Shown piece by piece: positions 24,101 through 33,476 of a DNA stretch of 64,000 nt. This DNA is from Myxococcota bacterium. GTDB taxonomy: Bacteria; Myxococcota_A; UBA9042; PHBI01; JAWLBL01. A program made the position numbers and the translations under genes. The first letter of the stretch is position 1; the number at the start of each line of letters is the position of its first letter. The stretch covers positions 1-64,000 of the forward strand of contig JAWLBL010000030.1 of assembly GCA_041687695.1 (NCBI GenBank), written 5' to 3'. The notes beneath the pieces are model-generated. The model saw only the letters and a list, made by a program, of their open reading frames with translations. It did no database searches and was not told the DNA's origin.

Positions 24101-25488
24101 GCCGCATCCTCATCGCCGAAGACAAGGACAGCCTGCGGGGGCTGCTCCGCCGGATCCTGCAGGGGCAGGGCGAGCTGACCTTCGCCGCCGACGGCGCGGC
24201 CGCCCTGGCGGCCCTGAGCGTGGGCGAGTTCGACGTCGTGCTGTCGGACCTGCGGATGCCCGGCGCCGACGGGCTCGAGGTGCTGCGCGCGGCGCGCCAG
24301 CGGCCGTCCCCGCCGGTGGTCATCCTGATGACCGCCTACGCCACGGTGCAGAGCGCCATCGAGGCCATCCGCGAGGGCGCGTGGGACTACCTGCCCAAGC
24401 CCTTCGAGCCCGACGACGTGCTGGTGCGCGTCCGGCGCGCGCTGGAGCACAAGCACCTGCGCGACCGCGCCGACCACCTGGCGCGCGAGGTGCGCGAGCG
24501 GTACGCCTTCGAGCAGCTCCTGGGCAAGAGCCCGGCCATGCAGCGGGTCTTCCAGCTGCTCGAGAAGGCGGCCGACCGCGACCTGACCGTCCTGGTCACC
24601 GGCGAGAGCGGGACCGGCAAGGAGCTGGCCGCGCGCGCGGTCCACTACGCCAGCGCGCGCGCCGAGCGGCCGTTCGTCGCCGTCAACTGCGGCGCCTTCC
24701 CGGCCGAGCTGATGGAGAGCGAGCTGTTCGGCCACGCCCGCGGGGCCTTCACCGGCGCGACCGGCGACAAGCGGGGGCTCATCGAGGCGGCGGCCGGCGG
24801 CACCCTGTTCCTCGACGAGGTGGGCGACCTGCCGCTGCCGCTGCAGGTCAAGCTCAACCGCGCGCTGCAGGAGCGCGAGTTCCGGCGCGTCGGCGAGACC
24901 ACGGCGCGCAAGGTCGAGGCGCGGGTCATCGCGGCGACCAACGTGGATCTGCGCGCGGCCATCGCCGAGGGCCGCTTCCGCGAGGACCTCTTCTACCGGC
25001 TCAACGTCTTCCCCGTGCGCCTGCCCAGCCTGCGCGAGCGCCCGGAAGACGTGCCGCTGCTGGCCTCGACCTTCCTCGAGCGGGCGCGCGGTCGCGCCAG
25101 CCGCGGCCCCACCGGCTTCGCCCCCGAGGCCTCGCGGGCCATGCTCGCCTACGCCTGGCCCGGGAACGTGCGCGAGCTCGAGAACGCCATCGAGCGCGCC
25201 GCCGCCGTCGCCGACGGGGAGCTGGTCACCCGCGACGACCTGCCGCCCGAGGTCTCGGAGGCGGCGGCCCCGGCGGCGCTGCCCGGCGACGCGCTGGCCG
25301 AGCTGCCCTACCGCGAGGCGGTCGAGCTCATCCGCGACCGGGCCACCACCGACTACCTGCGGGCCCTGATGCGCCGCGCCGGCGGCAACGTCTCGCGCGC
25401 CGCCGAGCAGGCCGGGCTGGCCCGCGAGTCCCTGCACCGGCTGCTCAAGAAGCACGGCGTCGAAGCCGACCGCTTCCGGCCCGACTGA
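24097..25488 (+). CDS. sigma54-dependent NtrC-family response regulator (possibly CorR-like)
   Basis: Receiver [33 protein letters not shown]; Fis-type HTH. Confidence 0.93.
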   Translation: MSRILIAEDKDSLRGLLRRILQGQGELTFAADGAAALAALSVGEFDVVLSDLRMPGADGLEVLRAARQRPSPPVVILMTAYATVQSAIEAIREGAWDYLPKPFEPDDVLVRVRRALEHKHLRDRADHLAREVRERYAFEQLLGKSPAMQRVFQLLEKAADRDLTVLVTGESGTGKELAARAVHYASARAERPFVAVNCGAFPAELMESELFGHARGAFTGATGDKRGLIEAAAGGTLFLDEVGDLPLPLQVKLNRALQEREFRRVGETTARKVEARVIAATNVDLRAAIAEGRFREDLFYRLNVFPVRLPSLRERPEDVPLLASTFLERARGRASRGPTGFAPEASRAMLAYAWPGNVRELENAIERAAAVADGELVTRDDLPPEVSEAAAPAALPGDALAELPYREAVELIRDRATTDYLRALMRRAGGNVSRAAEQAGLARESLHRLLKKHGVEADRFRPD

Positions 25489-25503
25489 AGCGCGGCTCGG
25501 CCG

Positions 25504-26994
25504 TCAGCGGACGAAGCGGTCCCAGCGGCCGTAGTGCTCGCGTTGCGGGCCCTTGGGCAGGGCCAGGGCGGCCAGGGCGAGGCCGGCGGCGACGGCGATG
25601 ACGATGGCCAGGACGGGCGCCTGCAGGACCAGGGTCAGGACGGCGAGGGCGAGCCCCAGCGGGACGATGAGGTAGCGCAACAGGCGGAAGACCTCGCCCA
25701 TGGCGACGACGGCGGTGGCGATGACCAGCAGGCCCGTCAGGTGGAAGACGTTCGAGGCGAGGCGGTCGAGATTCAGCCAGCCGGGGACGAAGACGACGGC
25801 CAGGGCGAGCAGGCTGGCGGCTGCCAGGGTCCAGGGGACGCTGAAGCCCCAGACCGAGGCCTTCAGGACGCGGACCGGGTGGTCGTGCATGGCGCCGAGG
25901 TCCGGCGAGCGCTCGTCTTCGGTGGCGCCCTCGGGCTCGGCGCCCTTCCAGAAGGTGCGCCAGAGCGAGGCGCCGCGGCGCCTGGCGCGGACGAGGTGCT
26001 GGCCCATGGCGACGACCTCGTCGCCCTCGAGCGGCAGCATGGGGAGCATGATGACCGCGGCGAGCAGGCACAGGGTGCACCACGCGCCGACCAGGATGGG
26101 CTGCGAGATGACCAGCAGGATGTGCACGGCGCCCAGCGGGATGACCAGGAAACCGTACAGGGTGACCATCCAGGGCATGGTGCGCCAGCGCTTGGGGCTG
26201 CCCATGAAGCCCATCAGGAACTCGAGCGTGTAGGCGAAGGCGCCGAGGCCCGCGTCGGAGATGGGCCACATGTGGGACATGGCCGAGTCGAGGACCGCCG
26301 CGCTCTGCGGGCCGAAGAAGGGGTCCCACACCTGGTCGATGTAGCCGAGCTGGTAGGCGGTCAGGTAGCGCGAGACGACGAGGCCGACGAAGCCGAGGGC
26401 GATGAGGATCCAGCGCTGCGCCCAACTCGACGGGTTGTAGGTCCAGCCCTTGGGGACCGCGCCGCCCATCTTCATGTACATCAGCATCCTGGGCATGCCG
26501 GGGATGAGGATGGTCAGGGCGATGACCCACATGCCGACGAGGGTGTCGCTCATGTAGGCGGCGGCCGAGGGCGACCAGAACAGGATGGGCGCGAAGGTGA
26601 GCCAGACCCCGACCAGGCAGGCCGCCCAGCGGGCGATGGCGGCGCCCGGCTTCAGCGAGCGCCAGCCCAGCAGGACGAGGAGCGCGCCGCAGACGATGTC
26701 GTTCCACTTCGTCACCGCGCGGCGCATCTCGAGGCTGCCCAGCCACACCTCGCGGCCGCCGCTGGGCATGGCGTCGGCGCTCGAATACTCGAACGTCAGC
26801 GGCGCCAGCAGCACCCACAGCCCCAGCAGGATGAGCGTCCAGGGGATCCACAGCGTCTGCCGGTGGTGCTCCAGCATCATCCGGTGGCGCTCGTCGCGGC
26901 TCAGGCCGTCGTCGCCGCCCCCGCCGTGCTGCATGCGGGTGACGCCGCGCTGACCCATGTCGGAGTCGCCGGAGCGCTCGTCGTGGTCGGACAT
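25504..26994 (-). CDS. vitamin K epoxide reductase family membrane protein with SPW-type repeats
   Basis: PKGWTYNPSSWAQR, YLTAYQLG, WDPFF, PISDAGLG and WCTLC; many TM segments; GGAG RBS. Confidence 0.8.
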   Translation of the reverse strand: MSDHDERSGDSDMGQRGVTRMQHGGGGDDGLSRDERHRMMLEHHRQTLWIPWTLILLGLWVLLAPLTFEYSSADAMPSGGREVWLGSLEMRRAVTKWNDIVCGALLVLLGWRSLKPGAAIARWAACLVGVWLTFAPILFWSPSAAAYMSDTLVGMWVIALTILIPGMPRMLMYMKMGGAVPKGWTYNPSSWAQRWILIALGFVGLVVSRYLTAYQLGYIDQVWDPFFGPQSAAVLDSAMSHMWPISDAGLGAFAYTLEFLMGFMGSPKRWRTMPWMVTLYGFLVIPLGAVHILLVISQPILVGAWCTLCLLAAVIMLPMLPLEGDEVVAMGQHLVRARRRGASLWRTFWKGAEPEGATEDERSPDLGAMHDHPVRVLKASVWGFSVPWTLAAASLLALAVVFVPGWLNLDRLASNVFHLTGLLVIATAVVAMGEVFRLLRYLIVPLGLALAVLTLVLQAPVLAIVIAVAAGLALAALALPKGPQREHYGRWDRFVR

Positions 26995-27138
26995 CGCGGT
27001 CTCCTGCCAAGAAGCGTTGGATCAACAGGAGGTTAGGCGCGAGTGGCGGCCGGTGAACCGCGGCGGCCTCAGCCCGCCTGGTGGTCGGCGTGGTCTGGTC
27101 GCGGGGCGACGGGGCGCCGGGAAAAGTCGCGCCGCGGG

Positions 27139-27164
27139 TGTCATCGCCAATGAGCGGGTGCGTC
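27139..27164 (+). promoter_or_regulatory. candidate ECF sigma promoter TGTCATCGC-N13-CGTC upstream of the HMA gene
   Basis: Matches 15666-15691 in both boxes, in spacing, and in a downstream GGTGA. Confidence 0.65.
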
Positions 27165-27218
27165 GGTGGGGGTGAAGGCGGGGCGATGAGGCCCCGCGAC
27201 AACGCAGGAGAGGACGCG

Positions 27219-27464
27219 ATGATCGGCACCGGAAAGCGCGAGACGACCAGCCAGCAGACGGCGTTCGAGGTGGAGGGCATGACCTGTGGGTCCTGCGTGC
27301 GGCACGTGAACCACGCGCTGGAGGGCGTCAGCGGCGTGGAGGCGGTCGAGGTGCGGCGCGGGGAAGGCCTGGTCCTGGTGCGCCATGGGGCGCTGGCCAC
27401 CCCAGCGGCGATGATCGATGCTCTGAGCGAGGCCGGCTACCCGGCGCGGGTCACCGGCCGCTGA
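27219..27464 (+). CDS. heavy-metal-associated (CopZ-like) chaperone
   Basis: FEVEGMTCGSCV...AGY; AGGAG RBS. Confidence 0.88.
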   Translation: MIGTGKRETTSQQTAFEVEGMTCGSCVRHVNHALEGVSGVEAVEVRRGEGLVLVRHGALATPAAMIDALSEAGYPARVTGR

Positions 27465-27564
27465 TCGCCTGGGCCCGCGGGGAAGAACGAGCCGAGCCGC
27501 GGGCTTTCCAACCACCTCGGGGCGCGTGCCGACGGGCGCGCGCCCACCCCCTCTGGAGAGACTC

Positions 27565-28803
27565 ATGCGACTCGTATCCCGTTCGCTCCTCGGGCTAGGC
27601 CTGGCCGGGCTGCTCTTCGTCGCCTGCGGCAAGCACGACGACCATTCCCACGCGCCCGGCACGCCGGCGGACCACCACCAGGCCGGGGCCGCCGCGGCGG
27701 GTCACCACGCCGAGGGTGGCCATGGCGAGCACCACGGCGACCGGCCACACGCGCACCAGGCGCCGCACGGCGGGCAGGTGGTCGACGTCGGAGGCGACCG
27801 CCACCTCGAGGCGGTGCCGCACGCGAGCGGGCTGCTGGTCTACCTGCTGGACGAGGACCTGAAGACGCTGCCGCTCGACGGCGTGAGCGCCAAGGGCACG
27901 CTGGTCTCGAAGGCCAAGGGCGAAGCGGCCGACCTGGGCTTCCACGTCATGGGCGACCACCTGCACGCGATGACGTCGCTCGAAGGCGGCTGGGCGGCCG
28001 TGGTCAACGTGACGGTCGGCGGCGAGGTGCTGACCGCCCGCTTCGAGGGGGTGGGGGCCAAGGCCGGCCGCTCGGTCCGCATGGAGGTCACGACGACCCC
28101 GGCCGAGGTCGTCGCCGGGCAGCCCGCCCAGTACGTGTTCCGCTTCTTCGACGCCGCGGGCGGCGAGGCCGTGAAGGACTTCCAGGTCGTGCACGACAAG
28201 AAGCTGCACACCTTCGTGGTCAGCCGCGATCTGAGCTTCTTCGACCACGTCCACCCCGAGCCGCAGGCCGACGGGAGCTTCGTCCTGACCCAGGTGGTGC
28301 CGAGGCCCGGCGACTATCGGGTCTTCGGCGACGTGACGCCCGAGGGCGCCGGCAACCTGGTCGTGCACCAGGACCTGAAGGTCGGCGGCGGCGCGGCCGA
28401 GCCGATGGCGGCGCTGGTGGCCGATCGCGAGGCGGCCAAGACGGAAGGCGGCGTGCGGGCCAGCCTGGGCGAGGTCGCGCTGAAGGCGGGCGAGGAGGCG
28501 ACGCTGCGCTTCTCGCTGGTGGACGCGGCGAGCGGGCAGGCGGTGACCGATCTGCAGCCCTACCTGGGCGCGCTGGGGCACCTGATGGTGCTGCACGAGG
28601 ACGTCGAGACGGCCGTGCACGCCCACCCGCTGGGCGACCACGGCGACGGTGGGCACGGCGGCCACCACGGCGCGGCGCCAGCGCCAGCGGGTACCGTCGA
28701 GTTCAAGGCTCGCTTCCCCAAGGCCGGCAAGTACAAGCTGTGGGCCCAGTTCTCGCGCGGCGGCGAGGTCCTGACCTTCCCGTGGGTGGTCGAGGTGCGC
28801 TGA
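27565..28803 (+). CDS. His-rich putative metal-binding lipoprotein
   Basis: Lipobox FVAC; His-rich N-terminus; PHGG, VHDKKLH, DHVHP, DLQPYLGALGHL and HAHP motifs. Confidence 0.75.
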   Translation: MRLVSRSLLGLGLAGLLFVACGKHDDHSHAPGTPADHHQAGAAAAGHHAEGGHGEHHGDRPHAHQAPHGGQVVDVGGDRHLEAVPHASGLLVYLLDEDLKTLPLDGVSAKGTLVSKAKGEAADLGFHVMGDHLHAMTSLEGGWAAVVNVTVGGEVLTARFEGVGAKAGRSVRMEVTTTPAEVVAGQPAQYVFRFFDAAGGEAVKDFQVVHDKKLHTFVVSRDLSFFDHVHPEPQADGSFVLTQVVPRPGDYRVFGDVTPEGAGNLVVHQDLKVGGGAAEPMAALVADREAAKTEGGVRASLGEVALKAGEEATLRFSLVDAASGQAVTDLQPYLGALGHLMVLHEDVETAVHAHPLGDHGDGGHGGHHGAAPAPAGTVEFKARFPKAGKYKLWAQFSRGGEVLTFPWVVEVR

Positions 28804-28812
28804 GGCGGAAGC

Positions 28813-29148
28813 GGACCCCGTCTTCAGGGGTCCGCGGGACGGTCTCGGAGGGGGTTCGACCCCCTCGTCGGGGGTCCGCGGGACGGTCTCGGAGGGGGTT
28901 CGACCCCCTCGTCGGGGGTCCACGGGACGGTCTCGGAGGGGGTTCGACCCCCTCGTCAGGGGGCCCAGGGGCGGTCTCGGAGGGGGTCCGACCCCCTCGT
29001 CAGGGGGCCCAGGGGCGGTCTCGGAGGGGGTTCGACCCCCTCGTCAGGGGGCCCAGGGGCGGTCTCGGAGGGGGTCCGACCCCCTCGTCAGGGGGCCCAG
29101 GGGCGGTCTCGGAGGGGGGCCGACCCCCTCGTCAGGGATCTGGGGTCG
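28813..29148. repeat. tandem array of seven 44-bp units plus a partial unit
   Basis: GGTCTC starts at 28841, 28885, 28929, 28973, 29017, 29061 and 29105; each unit carries the hairpin GAGGGGG-N5-CCCCCTC. Confidence 0.95.
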
Positions 29149-29218
29149 GGAGGCGAGGGGTTCACGGGCCTTGGAGGCCGACGCCGGGACGGTTGAAGGG
29201 GGGCGACCCCCTGCGGCT

Positions 29219-29818
29219 TCAGGGCCGGGCGGCGAGGGCGGCGCAGAAGTCGCCGATGGCGTCGTAGGCGCTGGGGCGGTCGAGGCAGCTCGCGAGGAGC
29301 TCGATGTCGAGGTCGGGGAGGGCCAGGCTCTTCGGCTCTACGACGTAACGGCCGCGGCGCAGGACGTGGACCGCCAGCGTGCCGCGCTTCCAGACCCAGA
29401 CCTCGCGCACGCCGAGGCGTCGGTAGATGGACAGCTTGTCCAGGGCGCCCTTCCAGGCGACCTCGATGGCCAGATCCGGTCGGTCCTTGGCCATGTCGCC
29501 GAAGATGAAGCACTCGTCGGGCTCGACGCCGGCCTCTCGCGGCTGCTCTTTGAGTGTCCAAGCGCCGACGGCCTCGAACCGGAGGCCGTGATCCAGACAG
29601 TAGGCTTCGACGAGCTGCCCGATGCGCGAGGCGAGGACCCCGTGTGACCGGCACGGTTTCAGCAGGTGGGCCTGGCCGTCGAGGTAGGCGATGCGGGGTG
29701 AGCGAGCCTCTCCGCGCATCGCCAACAGCCGTTGATAGTCGGCCCAGGACACCTCGCGCAGCGAGACGACGTGATCCTCGTCCTGGGCGTCGTCGTGGGT
29801 CGGCCGCAGCGAATCCAT
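29219..29818 (-). CDS. Uma2 family PD-(D/E)XK endonuclease-like protein
   Basis: VSWADY, EPDECF, PDLAIEV and KLSIYRRLGVREVW. Confidence 0.85.
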   Translation of the reverse strand: MDSLRPTHDDAQDEDHVVSLREVSWADYQRLLAMRGEARSPRIAYLDGQAHLLKPCRSHGVLASRIGQLVEAYCLDHGLRFEAVGAWTLKEQPREAGVEPDECFIFGDMAKDRPDLAIEVAWKGALDKLSIYRRLGVREVWVWKRGTLAVHVLRRGRYVVEPKSLALPDLDIELLASCLDRPSAYDAIGDFCAALAARP

Positions 29819-29877
29819 GGCGGTGAGGGTAACACGCGCGCGCCCGGCGGCGAGGGGCGCGGCGCGCGCGGTCGGGG

Positions 29878-30300
29878 TCACAGCTCGATGGAGCGGAAGC
29901 CGCGGTCCTGCAGATGGACGGCCTCGACCAGGGCGTTGGGGACCTGGTCGACGTGGGGCGACAGCTCGGCTGGGTCGACCTGCTTGTCGGTCAGCGACAG
30001 GCCGCAGGCGACGACGCGTGTGCCCTGGGCCTTGGCGGCCTCGAGCGCGGGCTCGAGGGGAGCGCCGCGGCGCAGGGCGGTCACCGCGTCGCCGCAGACC
30101 AGGACGTGGACCTCGCGCGGGTGGGCGGCGCGGAGGTCGGCGGCGGTCTTCAGGGCGACCTGCAGGTGGCGCTCGGTGCGGACCAGCAGGACGACGCCGG
30201 CGTCGGCGCCCGCGGGGGGCGTCGCGGCCGAGGTGGTGGCGCAGGCGCCCAGCAGCAGGGCGGCCAGGGCGAGCAGGATGAAGGGGCGGCGACTACGCAT
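29878..30300 (-). CDS. DsrE-family lipoprotein
   Basis: Lipobox LGAC; VLVCGDAV, VACGLSL and VPNALVE. Confidence 0.75.
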   Translation of the reverse strand: MRSRRPFILLALAALLLGACATTSAATPPAGADAGVVLLVRTERHLQVALKTAADLRAAHPREVHVLVCGDAVTALRRGAPLEPALEAAKAQGTRVVACGLSLTDKQVDPAELSPHVDQVPNALVEAVHLQDRGFRSIEL

Positions 30301-30739
30301 GGGCGGCTCCGGCCGGGGCGGCGGCGGGGGCGCGGCGGGCGTCGAGGCTGAAGGCGCCGGCGCCGGCGAAGAGGAAGTGGATGAGGCCGCCGAAGAGGGC
30401 GACGTTCTTGAAGAGCGGGCCCATGGCGCCCGGGGCGGTCTGCACGGTGAGGGTGATGGGGACGAGCACGCCGATGAGCAGCAGGGCGGCGAGGCGGGTG
30501 CGGTAGCCGACGAGCAGCGCCAGGCCGGCGAGCAGGAGGGCGACCCCCGAGGCGACCACCAGCGGTGTGGCGGGCAGCAGCGCGCCCAGCCAGGCGCCGA
30601 GCGGGGCGGAGAGCAGGCGGCGGACGATCCCGTCGGGGTTCACCAGGTGTCCGTAGCCGGCGGTGACGAAGATGAGGCTGAACAGGACGCGGAAGGCGGC
30701 GTCGGCGGTGGGGCGGTGGCGGTCGAGCAGGTGGGTCAA
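30293..30739 (-). CDS. DoxX family membrane protein
   Basis: RVLFSLIF, LVGYRTRLAA, FKNVALFGG and GAFSLDA; TTG start inferred. Confidence 0.8.
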   Translation of the reverse strand: MTHLLDRHRPTADAAFRVLFSLIFVTAGYGHLVNPDGIVRRLLSAPLGAWLGALLPATPLVVASGVALLLAGLALLVGYRTRLAALLLIGVLVPITLTVQTAPGAMGPLFKNVALFGGLIHFLFAGAGAFSLDARRAPAAAPAGAAHA

Positions 30740-30741
30740 GG

Positions 30742-31431
30742 TCAGGCCTCGGGGGTGGGGGTGGACAGGGGGCGGCCCTGGGCGCGCCACTCGAGGGCGC
30801 CTTCGGGCAGGCGGGTGGCGGTCAGGCCGTGGGCGAGCAGCTTGGCGGTGCCCTCGACGGCCATGACGCAGTAGGGGCCGCGGCAGTAGGCGACGACGCG
30901 GCGGTCGCGCGGCAGCTCGGCCAGGCACGCCTCGAGCCCGGCGAAGGGGATGGAGCGCGCGCCGGGGAGGTGGCCGGCGGCGTACTCGTCGGGCGGGCGC
31001 AGGTCGAGCAGGGTGATCTCGCCGTCGCGGGCGAGGGCGACGACCGCGTCGGTGTCGAGGCGCTCGAGGCGCTCGGGGTGTCGACGGTACAGGCGCATCA
31101 GCTCGCGGACCTCGGGCAGGTGGGCCTCGGCGGCCTCGCGCAGGGCGAGCCACAGGGTCAGCACCTTGGAGTCGGCGACGCCGTAGATGACGTGCTTGCC
31201 GTCGCGGCGGGTGCGGACCAGGTGGCAGGCGCGCAGCACCTTGAGGTGGGCGCTGGTGGCGGCCAGCGACTGGCCGATGCGCTGGGCCAGGACCTCGACG
31301 GGCTTGTCGCCGTGGCCCAGCAGGCTCAGCAGGCGCAGGCGGTGCGGGTTGGACAGGGCCTGGCCGACCCGGGCCAGCTCGCCGAAGAGGGCGTCGCGGG
31401 CCTCGAAGTCGATGGGGGTCTCGTCGCTCAA
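30742..31431 (-). CDS. ArsR/SmtB regulator fused to a rhodanese domain
   Basis: ALSNPHRLRLL and TSAHLKVL; DLRPPDEYAAGHLPGA; YCRGPYC. Confidence 0.9.
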   Translation of the reverse strand: MSDETPIDFEARDALFGELARVGQALSNPHRLRLLSLLGHGDKPVEVLAQRIGQSLAATSAHLKVLRACHLVRTRRDGKHVIYGVADSKVLTLWLALREAAEAHLPEVRELMRLYRRHPERLERLDTDAVVALARDGEITLLDLRPPDEYAAGHLPGARSIPFAGLEACLAELPRDRRVVAYCRGPYCVMAVEGTAKLLAHGLTATRLPEGALEWRAQGRPLSTPTPEA

Positions 31432-31563
31432 GGGGAGGGCTCCGGGTCAGCGTTGGGTGCGCAGGGGCGAGGGCAGGTCGAGGCCGACGACGCGGCCTTC
31501 GCGGCGCGGGGCCGCCTGGGGGTGGAGGGGGAGGGTCAGCGTGACGACGGCGAGCAAACGATC

Positions 31564-31591
31564 AATCACTCAATAAACCCTTTGAATGATT
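31564..31591. promoter_or_regulatory. candidate ArsR-family operator
   Basis: AT-rich inverted repeat AATCACTCAA-N8-TTGAATGATT between the divergent genes. Confidence 0.65.
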
Positions 31592-31726
31592 GTGTGTCTA
31601 CGGGCCCTGGCCCCTCGGGTCAAGCCTTGGGATCGAAGCTGTGCCTACCCCGTTTTGGGGCTCCAGATCTGCGTCTGCGCGCTCGCGGTGGGATACTGGC
31701 GCCCCGCACCACAGATGGAGGCCTCC

Positions 31727-32479
31727 ATGATCTTCCGCCAGCTCTACGAGCCCACGTCCTCGACCTACACCTACCTGCTGGGCTGCCCCGAGCTGGGGCA
31801 GGCCATCCTGGTCGACCCCGTCATGGAGACCGTCGACCGCGACCTGGCCGCCTTGCAGGAGCTGGGCCTGCGGCTGGCCTACACGCTGGACACCCACGTC
31901 CACGCCGACCACATCACCTCGGCCTGCCGCCTGCGCAGCCTGACCGGCTCCAAGGTCGCCCAGCCGGCCATGGACGGCCTGCCCTGCACCGACGTCGGCG
32001 TCGCCGAGGACCGCCCCCTGACCCTCGGCTCGGTGACCGTGCAGCCGCTCTTCACGCCCGGCCACACCGACACCCACCACGCCTACCTCGTCGACCGCGG
32101 CGCCACCCCGCGCGTCTTCACGGGCGACGCCCTGCTCATCGACGGCTGCGGCCGCACCGACTTTCAGAACGGCGACGCCGAAGCCCTGTACCGCTCGGTG
32201 CGCGACACGCTCTTCTCGCTGCCGGGCGACACGCTGGTCTACCCGGCCCACGACTACCAGCACCGCCACGTCTCGACCATCGCCCAGGAGCGCGAGCGCA
32301 ACCCCCGCCTCGGCGGCGACACCTCCTTCGAGACCTTCGCCGACATCATGGCCAACCTGAACCTGCCGTTCCCCAAGAAGATCGACGTCGCCGTCCCGGC
32401 CAACCGCAAGTGCGGCGACTGCGTCGAGGATCTCGTCGAGGAGCTGCACCGCATCGGCGGCAAGACGCCTCAGGGCTGA
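31727..32479 (+). CDS. persulfide dioxygenase (ETHE1-like MBL-fold protein)
   Basis: MIFRQLYE..SSTYTYLL, THVHADH, TPGHT, GDALLIDGCGRTDFQ, YPAHDY and NPRL. Confidence 0.9.
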   Translation: MIFRQLYEPTSSTYTYLLGCPELGQAILVDPVMETVDRDLAALQELGLRLAYTLDTHVHADHITSACRLRSLTGSKVAQPAMDGLPCTDVGVAEDRPLTLGSVTVQPLFTPGHTDTHHAYLVDRGATPRVFTGDALLIDGCGRTDFQNGDAEALYRSVRDTLFSLPGDTLVYPAHDYQHRHVSTIAQERERNPRLGGDTSFETFADIMANLNLPFPKKIDVAVPANRKCGDCVEDLVEELHRIGGKTPQG

Positions 32480-32539
32480 GCGGACCAGAGGCGGGTCCGG
32501 CCCCCGGGCCGCGGTCACCTCACGCTGGCCGCGGCCCGG

Positions 32540-33439
32540 TCACGCCTCGTCGCGGACCACGTCCTCGCGCTCGAGCACGAGCAGCACGTTGCCCCGCCCG
32601 TCGTGGCTCACCAGATCCGTGCGCACCCGCGCCTCGGCCAGCTTGCGCCGCAGCCGCCCCAGGTTGACGTCCCACCGGGCCCGCAGCTGCGCCGGCTCCA
32701 CCTCGTGCGGCCACAGCTCGCGCGCCAGCGTCTCCCAGGTCACCGGCGCGCCGAAGGCCACCAGCTCGCTCAGGATGCGCGCCGACACCCCCGTCACCGT
32801 CAGCGCCGGCTCGTCCGGCCGGTACAGGGTCGCGCTCTCGTAGCGCGTCACCAGCTCCAGCGGCGCCCCCACCGCCCCCTTGGCGGTCGTCACCTGCGCG
32901 CCGTGCGCCTCCAGCGCCAGCCACACCACCTCCAGCGCGACCCCAGCGACCTCCTCGCGCTCGCCCGGCACGAGCGTCCGGTCGGCCCCGCCCCGCCGCC
33001 GCAACCGAACGCTGCCATCACCCGACCACACGTAGGCGATGGCCGCCTCGTGAAACCCGGTCCGCAGCTCGCACGGCGCCGGCCCGAACAGCGACGCCAC
33101 CCCCGCCAGGACCCGCCCCTCGACGCCCCCCCACCGCACCGCGACCAGGCGCTCGGGCAGGCACACCTCGACCACCTCGAGCACCAGATCCTGCGCCAGC
33201 TGCACCACCAGCCCCGGCTCCAGCACGACCTCGGCGACCCGCCGTCCCTCGACGCCGAGCCGCCCCCGCAGCGCCAGCAGCTTCAGGGTCGCGCCGCGCA
33301 GGCTGACCATCGCGTGCGCCTCGGACACCCGCGGGTCGGACAGGTGCAGGGCCGCCGCGTCGAGCCGCCCGACGAGGTCCCCGTGTCCCAGCGCGACGGT
33401 CCGGCCGTCGGGCGTGCGGATGCGCGCGTGAGGATGCAT
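32540..33439 (-). CDS. FHA-domain protein with C-terminal winged-helix-like domain (putative transcriptional regulator)
   Basis: VGR...PRVSEAHA FHA motif; C-terminal ILSEL...LARELWP...NLGRLRRKL. Confidence 0.7.
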   Translation of the reverse strand: MHPHARIRTPDGRTVALGHGDLVGRLDAAALHLSDPRVSEAHAMVSLRGATLKLLALRGRLGVEGRRVAEVVLEPGLVVQLAQDLVLEVVEVCLPERLVAVRWGGVEGRVLAGVASLFGPAPCELRTGFHEAAIAYVWSGDGSVRLRRRGGADRTLVPGEREEVAGVALEVVWLALEAHGAQVTTAKGAVGAPLELVTRYESATLYRPDEPALTVTGVSARILSELVAFGAPVTWETLARELWPHEVEPAQLRARWDVNLGRLRRKLAEARVRTDLVSHDGRGNVLLVLEREDVVRDEA

Positions 33440-33476
33440 GCCGGCACCGTACCACCGGCGCCCTCCGCGCGCACCG

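Noticed and set aside
28841..29110. Repeated BsaI site GGTCTC as a sign of synthetic DNA
   Set aside because: It is part of a unit with natural-looking progressive divergence and degenerate ends; no vector features are present.
28813..29148. CRISPR or TIGR-like guide array
   Set aside because: The units have no unique spacers (only a few substitutions) and no cas or tas-like genes are nearby.
31447..31569. 40-codon minus-strand ORF (MIDRLLAVVTLTLPLHPQ...) upstream of the ArsR-rhodanese gene
   Set aside because: The start lies inside the predicted operator, with no RBS or recognisable motif; it cannot be supported without homologs or ribosome profiling.
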